The notes under the pieces were generated by a model. That model had not been told where the DNA came from and did not search any database. It saw nothing but the letters and a program-made list of their open reading frames with translations. A stretch of DNA of 64,000 bases, taken from assembly GCA_029258885.1 (NCBI GenBank), contig JAPDJW010000002.1:96001-160000 (forward strand), in the 5' to 3' direction. This document shows, piece after piece, positions 8,666-17,951 of the stretch. The DNA comes from Thermoproteota archaeon (GTDB taxonomy: Archaea > Thermoproteota > Thermoprotei > Thermofilales > B9-G17). The stretch's first letter is position 1; the number at the start of each line of letters is the position of its first letter. Made by a program: the position numbers and the translations under genes.

Positions 8666-11600
8666 ATGATTGGGAAAAAGAAGAGTGAGAAAGAAGTTGA
8701 GGAGAAAGAACCTATTATATATATCGAGCCTAAGCCTGATTATGAGCTTGTGGAGGAATATTGGGTAATAGAGCCCTACGCTAAAGTTAAGATTATGTCT
8801 ATGCCAGAGCTTGGCGGTCAATTAGCCTATTTTGTAGATGAGGTAAAGTTAAACGATAAAGAGCAGAAAGCTAAGGAGAAACTGGTAGATATTCTGAGTA
8901 TTGAAATGAAGCCCCCTGAAACATTCGAGGTTGATGTAAGGAAGTATATTATTGAGGAGGCTAGACGCCTAGCCAGGAAGTATCGAAAAATAGTAAGGGG
9001 GTTAGGCGAAGAGTCCTGGAATAAGGTAATATATTATGTTGAGAGGGATCTTCTAGGCTATGGGCCAATAAATGTGTTAATGGAAGATTGGAACTTGGAG
9101 GACATAAGTTGTGATGGAGTAAATAGGGCGATACATGTATGGCATAGAAAGTATGAGAGCATACCCACAAATATAGTCTTTACGGATAGGAATTACCTGA
9201 GGGAGTTCATAATTAAATTAGCGCATCTAGGAGGGAAGCACGTATCGGCGGCGTTCCCAATAGTTGATACTATGTTGCCTGGAAGACATAGGCTGGCTGC
9301 AACATTTGGAGAGGAGGTCTCACCTAGAGGAAGTACCTTCACTATAAGAAAGTTCAGAGAGAAGCCGTTCTCGATAATAGAGTTGATAGATTCAGGAAAT
9401 ATAGATACTTGGACTGCGGCCTATCTATGGTTAATGCTTGAACATAGGATGACATTAATGATAATCGGAGGAACGGCTGCGGGTAAAACGACGTTCTTAA
9501 ACGCTGTGGCATTGTTTATTAAACCTGGAATGAAGATAGTAACAATTGAAGAGACTGCTGAACTAAATCTACCTCACGAGAACTGGGTACAGTTAATAAG
9601 CAGAGAAAGTTACGGCTTAGGTGAAAGCAAGCTAGGAGAAATATCTCTCTATGATTTAGTTAAGGTATCACTTAGATATAGGCCGGATTACATAATAGTT
9701 GGAGAAATTAGAGGGGCTGAGGCTTTCGTTCTGTTCCAAGCGATGGCGAGCGTCTCTAGCGACACTCCGATTCTCATCAGGAAGGGAGGGGAGGTTAAGC
9801 TAGTCAAGATAGGCGATTTCATAGATAGCTTCTATCCTGAGGGAGTTGAGAGGATACCTATACCCGTAAGCGGCGTTGAAGTTCTAACGATAGATGGAGG
9901 GAAAGCATGCTTTAAACCCATCAGATACGTGCTAAGGCATAGAGCGGATGAAATATATAGAATAAAATACGTTGGAGGAGAGGTTCGGGCAACGGAATCC
10001 CACTCCGTATTCGTGATGGATCCAGATACTCTTAAAATCAGAACAAAAGCCGTTAAGGATCTAAAGAAGGGAGACCTACTGATATCGTTTGTAAAGAAGA
10101 ATTGGGCAGAGAGCTATCCTACCGTAAATATGGTAGACCTACTGCCGCAATACGATAGGATACTGGTCGATAATATTCCAAAAGAAGTTAAAACTGTAAT
10201 CGGGATTAAGAGGAATCCTATACCGCTAACATATTTAAAGAACAAGATCAGCCTAAAGGCACTTAAAGATGCCTACCTGAAGTTGCCAAAAGGAAAAACC
10301 ATACCAATGTATTTAAGGTTTGATGAGGATCTAGCTTACCTCCTCGGAGTATACCTAGCCGATGGATGCGTGAAGCTAAATAATAGAGGCGGAAAGGTAG
10401 TATTCTCACTCGGAAAGGGAGAGAAAGAAGTATTCGATAGAATAGTCAGGATATTCGGGGAGAAGTTCAACGATACTCCATACATTGAGGATAGAGGATC
10501 ATACGTTATAGTGGAGTACAATAACAAGTTACTGGCGTATCTTTTCAAGAGCCTATGTGGTGGGAGAAATGCGGAGAAACACGTGCCGTCGAAGCTGTGG
10601 ACATCTCCTCAGAGTGTAATTAAAACCTTTTTCGATGGATTAAGGGCAGATGCAAGGAGAAGTACAAAACGCCCTTACCAGCTAACAATAGTGCAGAAGA
10701 ATAAGCATCTCATTCAGGAGTTAGCATGGCTAGCCAGACTAGCTGGCTTCAACGTAAGGGTAAGGAGGGAGGGCGAATACTACAGCATAACGATAGATTA
10801 TAAGAAATCTCGAAAACCATTCCTAGGCAACGGAGTTCCAATAGATGCATTAAGAAGATTATATGCTAATCTGAAGCCGAAAAACATGCCGTTAAAATAT
10901 ACATATATACTGCTCAACAATAAGAGGAGGCAGAAGTTCGTACGGAAAGATATAGCACTAAAAGTGTTAAAGTGGATTCTGAATAATAGGACAAGAGAGC
11001 CTACGGAGGAGGATAGAAGGATTATAGACAGAATACATAACTTAATCGATGAGGAGATTGTTCTTCTCTCAATAGTTGACATCGTAAGGGAGCAATATAG
11101 AGGGTACGTATACGATGTTTCAGTGCCCGAAAGCGAGGCTTTCCTAGGAGGAGAGAACCCAATACTTCTACACAATACCGGACATGGAGGTCTAACTACA
11201 TTTCACGCAGATAGCTTAGAGAATGCTATTAGGAGGCTTATGAGCCCGCCAATGAACATATCTGAGCCATATATTCCAATGCTAAACATGGTTGTATATG
11301 TTGCAAGAACAGTATTACCGAAGGGAGGCTTTGGAAGAAGGCTTATGGCTCTATGGGAGATTGAGGATTATGAAAAGTATAGGCAGCTCATTAAATGGGA
11401 TCCGAGAAGCGATAAGCATGTGATAGTTGGAGATAGTTATCTAATAAACTTATTGGCTGATAGAACTGGCAGGACAAGAGAGCAAATATTAGAGGAAATT
11501 GCTAGAAGGCAGACTGTGCTGCTTTGGCTATGGCAGAGGAGGATCATTGAGATGAAGGATGTAGCTACTTATATAGCTAGCTACTATAACTTCCCTGATC

Positions 11601-12088
11601 AAATGTATGAGCGTGCGCTTAAGGAGTTAAAGGAGATGGGTGTAGACGTTGATAAATATATCATAAGGAAGCTAGTGCCTATAACTAGATTTGAGCCAGT
11701 ATCCACTAAGATGACCATATATGATAAGGTCATGCAAATATATTCAAGGTATGGTGAGAAGGAGGAAAAGTCACCGTTGCAATTCATCTCGGTGAGGCAG
11801 GAACCGGTTAGACTTAGTGAACCATTAGAGGTTACTAAGATACCTAAACCCCAGGAAGAGTTAACAGAGAATGAAAGAAAAATATTACATCTCATATCCT
11901 ATTACGGAGGCGAGATAGATCATAGAACAGTAATGCAGGAGAGTGGATTGCCTAGGGATATGTTCTGGAGAACCATAACATCACTAACAGGAAAGGGATT
12001 AATAATATCATCTCTCGTGTACGTGAACGGAAGACCTATGATAGGATTTAAATTGACTAAGAAGGCAGGAGAATTTCTGAAGAGTTAA
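8666..12088 (+). CDS. Type II/IV secretion system ATPase (TadA/VirB11/ArlI-like) containing an intein and a C-terminal winged helix
   Basis: Walker A GGTAAGKTT, Asp box TIEETAEL and Walker B RPDYIIVGEIRG. The His box TGHGGLTTFHA is interrupted by an intein. Confidence 0.95.
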   Translation: MIGKKKSEKEVEEKEPIIYIEPKPDYELVEEYWVIEPYAKVKIMSMPELGGQLAYFVDEVKLNDKEQKAKEKLVDILSIEMKPPETFEVDVRKYIIEEARRLARKYRKIVRGLGEESWNKVIYYVERDLLGYGPINVLMEDWNLEDISCDGVNRAIHVWHRKYESIPTNIVFTDRNYLREFIIKLAHLGGKHVSAAFPIVDTMLPGRHRLAATFGEEVSPRGSTFTIRKFREKPFSIIELIDSGNIDTWTAAYLWLMLEHRMTLMIIGGTAAGKTTFLNAVALFIKPGMKIVTIEETAELNLPHENWVQLISRESYGLGESKLGEISLYDLVKVSLRYRPDYIIVGEIRGAEAFVLFQAMASVSSDTPILIRKGGEVKLVKIGDFIDSFYPEGVERIPIPVSGVEVLTIDGGKACFKPIRYVLRHRADEIYRIKYVGGEVRATESHSVFVMDPDTLKIRTKAVKDLKKGDLLISFVKKNWAESYPTVNMVDLLPQYDRILVDNIPKEVKTVIGIKRNPIPLTYLKNKISLKALKDAYLKLPKGKTIPMYLRFDEDLAYLLGVYLADGCVKLNNRGGKVVFSLGKGEKEVFDRIVRIFGEKFNDTPYIEDRGSYVIVEYNNKLLAYLFKSLCGGRNAEKHVPSKLWTSPQSVIKTFFDGLRADARRSTKRPYQLTIVQKNKHLIQELAWLARLAGFNVRVRREGEYYSITIDYKKSRKPFLGNGVPIDALRRLYANLKPKNMPLKYTYILLNNKRRQKFVRKDIALKVLKWILNNRTREPTEEDRRIIDRIHNLIDEEIVLLSIVDIVREQYRGYVYDVSVPESEAFLGGENPILLHNTGHGGLTTFHADSLENAIRRLMSPPMNISEPYIPMLNMVVYVARTVLPKGGFGRRLMALWEIEDYEKYRQLIKWDPRSDKHVIVGDSYLINLLADRTGRTREQILEEIARRQTVLLWLWQRRIIEMKDVATYIASYYNFPDQMYERALKELKEMGVDVDKYIIRKLVPITRFEPVSTKMTIYDKVMQIYSRYGEKEEKSPLQFISVRQEPVRLSEPLEVTKIPKPQEELTENERKILHLISYYGGEIDHRTVMQESGLPRDMFWRTITSLTGKGLIISSLVYVNGRPMIGFKLTKKAGEFLKS
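9749..11176 (+). mobile_element. Intein with a LAGLIDADG homing endonuclease (476 aa, Ser1...His-Asn, Thr+1)
   Basis: Insertion between FQAMA and TGHGG. Block A SVSSDTPILI, block B ATESHSVF, LAGLIDADG-like LAYLLGVYLADG and FFDGLRADA, terminal ILLHN. Confidence 0.92.
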
Positions 12089-12347
12089 TACCTAACAAAA
12101 TCATAATTCATAGAAAATAAAGCAAAATAACAGTTTTAATACCTGTAAAGAGAAAATTCATGTATTATATAGCCATTTAAAAATATTTTCTTTAAGTCTG
12201 AGGGTGCTTTACTTTAAATAATCATTAACTTGATAATATATGTAACTTTAAAATTTGTCGAATAAAAGAAAAAACTATTTTCTTATAAGTCAGTAGAAAT
12301 AGTATTGTTATATAGATCATAAAAGGATTATGTAAAGGTATATAAGC

Positions 12348-12851
12348 TTGTTAGAGAAATCAAAATTAATGAATTTTAAAGGTGCGCACATAACAGTATC
12401 GTCAATAATAATATTAGCAGTAGTCGTTGCAGCATCAATAGCTACAGCCGTTTGGTTAATAGGCCAGTCCTCAAAGTTAATGTTTGAATTAAACCCGGAA
12501 ATAATACTTTTAAGCGATGTGCTCTACTATTATAATAAAACACAAATATTTAAAATAACTATAAAAAATAATGGATTATCAACCTCCATAATTGAGTACA
12601 TGCTTCTGGATGGAAAGTATGAGGCGCTGATAGTGTCAGCTATAAACGAGAAAGGAGAAAGCAGACTTATACAGTCGGAAAATAAAATATATATTATGGC
12701 TGGAGAGGAGGTAGAGGTGTGGTTTAAATTAAGCGTAGATAATGGACAATTAAAAAGAATTCTTTCACCCATGACGTTTCATGAAATCATGATAAAAACG
12801 GCACGAGGACACGAATACTATAAGGCTGTAACAATAAAAGTCAAGACATAG
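12348..12851 (+). CDS. Pilin-like protein with a degenerate class III signal
   Basis: Likely ATG at 12369: MNFKG/AHITVSSIIILAVVVAASIATAVWL. The globular domain motif ITIKNNG...IEYMLLDG is shared with neighbouring pilins. Confidence 0.7.
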   Translation: MLEKSKLMNFKGAHITVSSIIILAVVVAASIATAVWLIGQSSKLMFELNPEIILLSDVLYYYNKTQIFKITIKNNGLSTSIIEYMLLDGKYEALIVSAINEKGESRLIQSENKIYIMAGEEVEVWFKLSVDNGQLKRILSPMTFHEIMIKTARGHEYYKAVTIKVKT

Positions 12852-12932
12852 GGGTTAAATATCAAATTATATGATACTTTATAGAAATAATGTAACATTA
12901 AAAATATAAGGTATTGATGATAGAATTAGGTC

Positions 12933-14177
12933 ATGAAGTATTTAAATAGCTTATGTGAGAAGATATTTGAAAATAAAAAATCTGTAAGTCCTGTAATTGC
13001 AACCGTTATAATAGTTGCTGTTGCAATTGCTATCGGAATAGCTGTTGCTTTCTGGATCTCTGGATTATTAGGAGCTATCGGATATGGAACTAGGCCTATA
13101 AAACTAGCTATATATGGGGAGCTTCAAGGTGGTGGAAGCTTACTTTATGTCAGAGTAAAAAATCTTGGTGGAGATCAAGTTTTTATAGATTATGTAATGT
13201 TAGATGGGAAATATCATGGAACTATAACGGGAGCGTATAATGAAGAGAATGGTGAAGATAGAACGATTACCGAGAATAACGAGAAAATAGCCTACCTAAA
13301 ACCTGGTGAAACAATAGTTCTACTTTTCACGCTAGAGTTAAATAAGAGTGAAATGGCTAGAATATTTCAGCCAGGTGTTTCCCATCAGATAACATTACAT
13401 ACCACTTTAGGACTAGAGTTTTATAAAGAGCTTAATACCGTTTATAGGCTTCATGGATCATGGACTCTACGAAGCGGGGCTGAAGGAAGTATTGACGGAT
13501 GGGTTTTACAAGGTGGTCATGCACAATGGGGTGCAGAGAGGGGATCTCCATCATACCATATATATGTTTGTAGGCTTGATTCCTGGACTCTGGAAGACAT
13601 GGAGATTGGGCAGACTATTATAATAGAGCTAAGAGCTAGATGGATCCAAGGAAATGATGATATAATGATTATATTCTGTTATGATGGATCAGGAAACGGG
13701 TATGCTGCATGGACGGGAATAGGTGGATACTGGACTAGCACATGCTATACTAGTCTAAGCTGGTTTACAGATTATGGGTCATCAAAAGGATTCTATTCAG
13801 GCACCCGTTGCTATTACAGCGGAGGATCTCCTACATGTTCCTGTTGCTGTTACCCTAATGGAACATGGTATATATTTAAAGTAAAAATTAAGAGAGAGGA
13901 AGAAAACAAGTTTATAGCGTGGTATAGCATAGGTGATTGTCCCTGCGGACAATCGTGGAAGCCAGCAGGAGGATATATTATAGGAGATGGCGGCTCTACG
14001 TTGTATGGATTCTACGTGGGAATAGGTTATTGGGAGGATCCACATACAGGAGAGCAGGCAATATATCAGTTCGACTATTTCAAGATTTTTCTAGAAGGAG
14101 CCCCCTCTGATCCATTATATGAAACAAACTTTGATAATCCCGATAAATTCCATATGGAATGGACGGAAGAGGGATAG
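12933..14177 (+). CDS. Archaeal pilin N-terminal domain fused to a Trp/Gly/Cys-rich, possibly lectin-like C-terminal domain
   Basis: KKS/VSPVIATVIIVAVAIAIGIAVAFW, then GAIGYGTRP, then VKNLGGDQVFIDYVMLDG. Confidence 0.85.
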   Translation: MKYLNSLCEKIFENKKSVSPVIATVIIVAVAIAIGIAVAFWISGLLGAIGYGTRPIKLAIYGELQGGGSLLYVRVKNLGGDQVFIDYVMLDGKYHGTITGAYNEENGEDRTITENNEKIAYLKPGETIVLLFTLELNKSEMARIFQPGVSHQITLHTTLGLEFYKELNTVYRLHGSWTLRSGAEGSIDGWVLQGGHAQWGAERGSPSYHIYVCRLDSWTLEDMEIGQTIIIELRARWIQGNDDIMIIFCYDGSGNGYAAWTGIGGYWTSTCYTSLSWFTDYGSSKGFYSGTRCYYSGGSPTCSCCCYPNGTWYIFKVKIKREEENKFIAWYSIGDCPCGQSWKPAGGYIIGDGGSTLYGFYVGIGYWEDPHTGEQAIYQFDYFKIFLEGAPSDPLYETNFDNPDKFHMEWTEEG

Positions 14178-14308
14178 GATAAGCTAATTCGGAGTACGTT
14201 ACATTATTAATAATAATAGCAAATCTAAATATTCTAAAATAACCTATTTCTATTAATTAATTAAACTAAAAAATAGATATATATCAAGCTTAAACTATTA
14301 CTAATACC

Positions 14309-15730
14309 TTGATGACCGGATACGATGAAACTTCTCCTAAAGGGATGGGTATAAGTCCTGTAGTTGCAACCATTATAATGATTACAATTGTTATAGCTTT
14401 AGCAATTGCAGCTATGTACTGGTTAACAGGTTTAGTAGGCCTATTTACTGGATACGAAGATGTTAGAATTACGGCGATCTATGAAACCCAAGACCACATA
14501 GAGCTAGTAATCAAGAATTTTGGAACAAGTCCATCAATGATAGATGTTCTATACGCAGATCCGAAGAACATATGGGGGGTCTGGAACTGTAGCGGAAGAT
14601 GGTATCCCCTTAATACAGAGGCTGAAGAACCGTATCTTCTAAATCCCGGCGAAAAAGCTGTAATAATTGTAATGGATCTAAGAGTAAATGCTGGACAAAT
14701 GATCGAATTTAAGATACACACCTCTGGAGGTTACGTATCATCCAAGAGTATCGCTGTAAGCAAATCCTATAGGCCGTCATGGCTTGTTGGATGGAGATAT
14801 AGAAGGGTTATAACGGTAGAAGAGAGAAGCGGTACTTCTCTTTCAAACTTTCAAGTCGAGGTCATATTAAATAGAGATAATTTCGATTATTCTAAAGCTA
14901 AAGATGATGGAAGTGACATAAGATTTACACTAGAGGATGGAATAACCTTATTACCATATTGGATCGAGTACTGGAATAATCCGGAAGGATATTCCATTAT
15001 ATGGGTAAAGGTCCCGGAGATACCTGCTTCAAGTGAAACTAAAATATATATGTACTATGGCAATCAGCATGCGAGTTATGCTGGAGATGGCGATGCAGTC
15101 TTCGAGTTCTTTGATGATTTCAGGAATTTAGATAAATGGATTGTGCCTAGTGGGTATGAGGAATACTATAGCATAACCTACGTCGATGATAAATGGTGCT
15201 TAAACGTAACTTACAAATCCGGTAGCGGAGGCCCTAGAAGATTCCTCATGTCAAAATTCAGTGTATCAGGATTGAATGGACTTGAGGGAATTAGAGTACG
15301 ATATAATGTTAGAGGATATGGGGAAGATGTAGCTGAAGATATGGATGATTTGGTAGCCATAGGAAATGACGATTCTTACGTATCATTTAAGTACAACGTT
15401 TACTTCGGGCAGAGGTTAGGGGACTATGGCCAGCAACACAGCGTTTACGTGGATGGAGAATACTATGAAGGCAACGTTGAGATAATTTCTGAGTGGCGTA
15501 TAGCACAATTCTGGACATCAAATGGAAGGGTGTATGGAAAATATAGGGGAGAGCTCATTTACAAAACACTAGATGCGGCGTTACCTGATTCGGGATACCT
15601 TAAGATATATGCAGATCCTGACCCACCTCCGGGCGGACATAGAGGAATGTTAATAGACTACATATTCGTGACAAAGTATACGTATCCACAGCCATATACT
15701 ACTGTAGGCCCGGAGGAAAGCAGAGGATAG
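14309..15730 (+). CDS. Archaeal pilin N-terminal domain fused to DUF2341
   Basis: G/ISPVVATIIMITIVIALAIAAMYW, followed by the DUF2341 signature WRYRRVITV...FDYSKAKDDGSDIRFT...LPYWIEYW...IWVKVPEIP...IYMYYGN. Confidence 0.85.
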   Translation: MMTGYDETSPKGMGISPVVATIIMITIVIALAIAAMYWLTGLVGLFTGYEDVRITAIYETQDHIELVIKNFGTSPSMIDVLYADPKNIWGVWNCSGRWYPLNTEAEEPYLLNPGEKAVIIVMDLRVNAGQMIEFKIHTSGGYVSSKSIAVSKSYRPSWLVGWRYRRVITVEERSGTSLSNFQVEVILNRDNFDYSKAKDDGSDIRFTLEDGITLLPYWIEYWNNPEGYSIIWVKVPEIPASSETKIYMYYGNQHASYAGDGDAVFEFFDDFRNLDKWIVPSGYEEYYSITYVDDKWCLNVTYKSGSGGPRRFLMSKFSVSGLNGLEGIRVRYNVRGYGEDVAEDMDDLVAIGNDDSYVSFKYNVYFGQRLGDYGQQHSVYVDGEYYEGNVEIISEWRIAQFWTSNGRVYGKYRGELIYKTLDAALPDSGYLKIYADPDPPPGGHRGMLIDYIFVTKYTYPQPYTTVGPEESRG

Positions 15731-15970
15731 TGAATGAGGAGGTTATATCTTGAGGCCTTAATATGGCCGATGACCATGGTTGTACAGATGTCGATGCCAA
15801 TCATGTTCTGGGAGCATCCTGTACTAGGATTCGACTGGATTCATTGATTCATAGAATATAGCATTTTATTTTTCAAATATTCCTCAAACTGAAAGTAAAC
15901 AAAGGACTGTTAAAAATGATAAGTCTATAATACAAGTTTTCCTTTTACCAGGCATGTATATCATTAGTTT

Positions 15971-17212
15971 TCAAAGAAATATGAATGCAAAGAGGATCCC
16001 CCATATAAATGCAATCACTGATATAATAAATGCTATTATTGAGTAGCAGCCCATAACATGGGGGTTTCTCATGACATCCCATAGGAACCACCATCCTGTG
16101 GGAAACATTATCGAAATTATTAACTGTAGTGGTGAGAGCGCTATCATGTAGCTAGCCGGAATAAGTACTATTCGCTTTAAAATACTAATTCTAGCTTTCC
16201 TGCTATTTAGAATAGCTTCTGATGTAATTAATGCTAGTGGAGGAATTAAGACAATATTATAATATACGTAGTGCTTTGGGAGGATCGACAGTGTAATCAG
16301 TGAGGCAGAGAGCCACAACAATGCCTTATAGTCAACGCCAACACTCCCCCGCAAAACTTTCTTGTATATAAACGCTATGAAGCATATGAGTGGAGTTACC
16401 AGTGGAAGCACATGGGAATTACAGCTAGAAAAACACCATATATATGAGGGGATCCAGAAAAAGGATAGGTTATTAAATAAGGGGAAGCTGATGATTGGAT
16501 AACTTAAATTTCCTACCTTGCGGTTTTTCGCAACAACTTCTGCAAATGTGGTCCCCCCTACCCAGAACTGAGGATTAAAAAGGAGTATTATTAATCCAAT
16601 AGCGATCGCTTTGAGGGAGTATCTAATGTTTATAACCTTAAATAAGTGGGAAAGCATAATGAATATGAAAAGTATTAAAATCGATGTATATTTACACAAG
16701 AAAGCTAAGCCGAACATTACTCCAGCAGGAACATACCTATGCTTATTGTCTGTATAGTATAGGAGGTATATTCCAATGGTCATATACATTAGCATAGGTA
16801 TATCTAGCCATGAAATAGTCCAGTGAATAGAAAAAGGATCAAATGTGAAGAGAGCCCACGATAGCAGACCCTTTCTTTCGCTATTTTTTGCTCCCATCAA
16901 ATAGATAAAATAAGCTATTATCGAGGAAATCATTGCATGTAACAATACAGAGGCATTAAAGCTATTAGTGAACCCGAATAGATATATCGAGAGACCAATT
17001 AACAGTTTAGCCAGCGGCGGATGCTCGCAGTTCAATAGAAGTACTGATACATCATGGTTTAAGATACCCCTAATATACCTGCTACCAACGGGTAAATATA
17101 CAAATGTATCATAGTTCGATAATGGTATTACCCTACTTAAAAAACACCATGTAAATAATCTAATTAGAAAAGGAATTGCAATTACTAAAAAAATCTTATA
17201 GTATGATTTCAT
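15971..17212 (-). CDS. GT-C fold glycosyltransferase (GT39/PMT-like)
   Basis: Multi-pass membrane protein with NCEHPPLAKLLIG, WLDIPM and GLAFLCKY motifs typical of PMT/ArnT-like enzymes. Confidence 0.8.
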   Translation of the reverse strand: MKSYYKIFLVIAIPFLIRLFTWCFLSRVIPLSNYDTFVYLPVGSRYIRGILNHDVSVLLLNCEHPPLAKLLIGLSIYLFGFTNSFNASVLLHAMISSIIAYFIYLMGAKNSERKGLLSWALFTFDPFSIHWTISWLDIPMLMYMTIGIYLLYYTDNKHRYVPAGVMFGLAFLCKYTSILILFIFIMLSHLFKVINIRYSLKAIAIGLIILLFNPQFWVGGTTFAEVVAKNRKVGNLSYPIISFPLFNNLSFFWIPSYIWCFSSCNSHVLPLVTPLICFIAFIYKKVLRGSVGVDYKALLWLSASLITLSILPKHYVYYNIVLIPPLALITSEAILNSRKARISILKRIVLIPASYMIALSPLQLIISIMFPTGWWFLWDVMRNPHVMGCYSIIAFIISVIAFIWGILFAFIFL

Positions 17213-17658
17213 GGTAGATTTGTCATCTTCGGATACTCCTGACCGCTCGCAGTTACAACCTTAAACTCAACGCTCATGCCATGCTTAAATCCAGCGTCCG
17301 GATTGAGGGTTATTGTGAACTCCTGCTCTTCGCCGGATTTTAATGGTAAGCCGTCAGTTGGTATAGTTGGACTAATGCTTGGAGTAGGGCTATATGCGGT
17401 ATATGGTTTACCATTGATGAATATATTGACTATAGTGGCGTCAGCGGAGCCCGTATTTCTAACTTTAAGCTTAACAGTCCAACTACCGTCACTCCACTCA
17501 GCGTAACAGTAGGTTACTTCTAATTTTTCAAATCTTGTAAATAGACCTATTATACCAGTCATCCAGAAGGCCACGGCGATTGCAATTGCTATAGCTACTG
17601 CCACAATAATAACAGTCGCTATAACTGGGCTGATTCCCTTTCGCTTCACACTTGCCAC
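17209..17658 (-). CDS. Archaeal type IV pilin, probable major pilin
   Basis: KRKG/ISPVIATVIIVAVAIAIAIAVAFW and VRNTGSADATIVNIFING; 149 aa with its own TATA box. Confidence 0.92.
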   Translation of the reverse strand: MASVKRKGISPVIATVIIVAVAIAIAIAVAFWMTGIIGLFTRFEKLEVTYCYAEWSDGSWTVKLKVRNTGSADATIVNIFINGKPYTAYSPTPSISPTIPTDGLPLKSGEEQEFTITLNPDAGFKHGMSVEFKVVTASGQEYPKMTNLP

Positions 17659-17682
17659 CTCAATCTATTGTATTCCTCCTAC

Positions 17683-17690
17683 TATATAAA
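17683..17690 (-). promoter_or_regulatory. Archaeal TATA box for the pilin / glycosyltransferase unit
   Basis: TTTATATA on the minus strand, 25 nt upstream of the GTG at 17658. Confidence 0.6.
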
Positions 17691-17951
17691 GGTATTTCTT
17701 ATTTAAAAAAGTACAGTTAATGTTCCAGAATTTTAGAAAAGTCTTACACATTCTTATGGTATGTTTTTTAGATTATGCTATAAAGTCGGAGGTATAGGTG
17801 TTTTATACACTGCAAGAAATAAATCTAGCCTAGTCTTAAAATGAAGTATTGCCTAAGCATGCCATATTATCATTCAACCAACTAAAATGTATGAAAATAA
17901 ACGTAAGCTTTAAAAGAGATTATTTTAAATTAACAGTCGTGGCTGTTAAAT

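Noticed and set aside
15760-15865. Short ORFs or a degenerate C/D-like pattern between the DUF2341 pilin and the glycosyltransferase
   Set aside because: The ORFs are 32 aa or shorter with no recognisable family, and the box motifs are too degenerate
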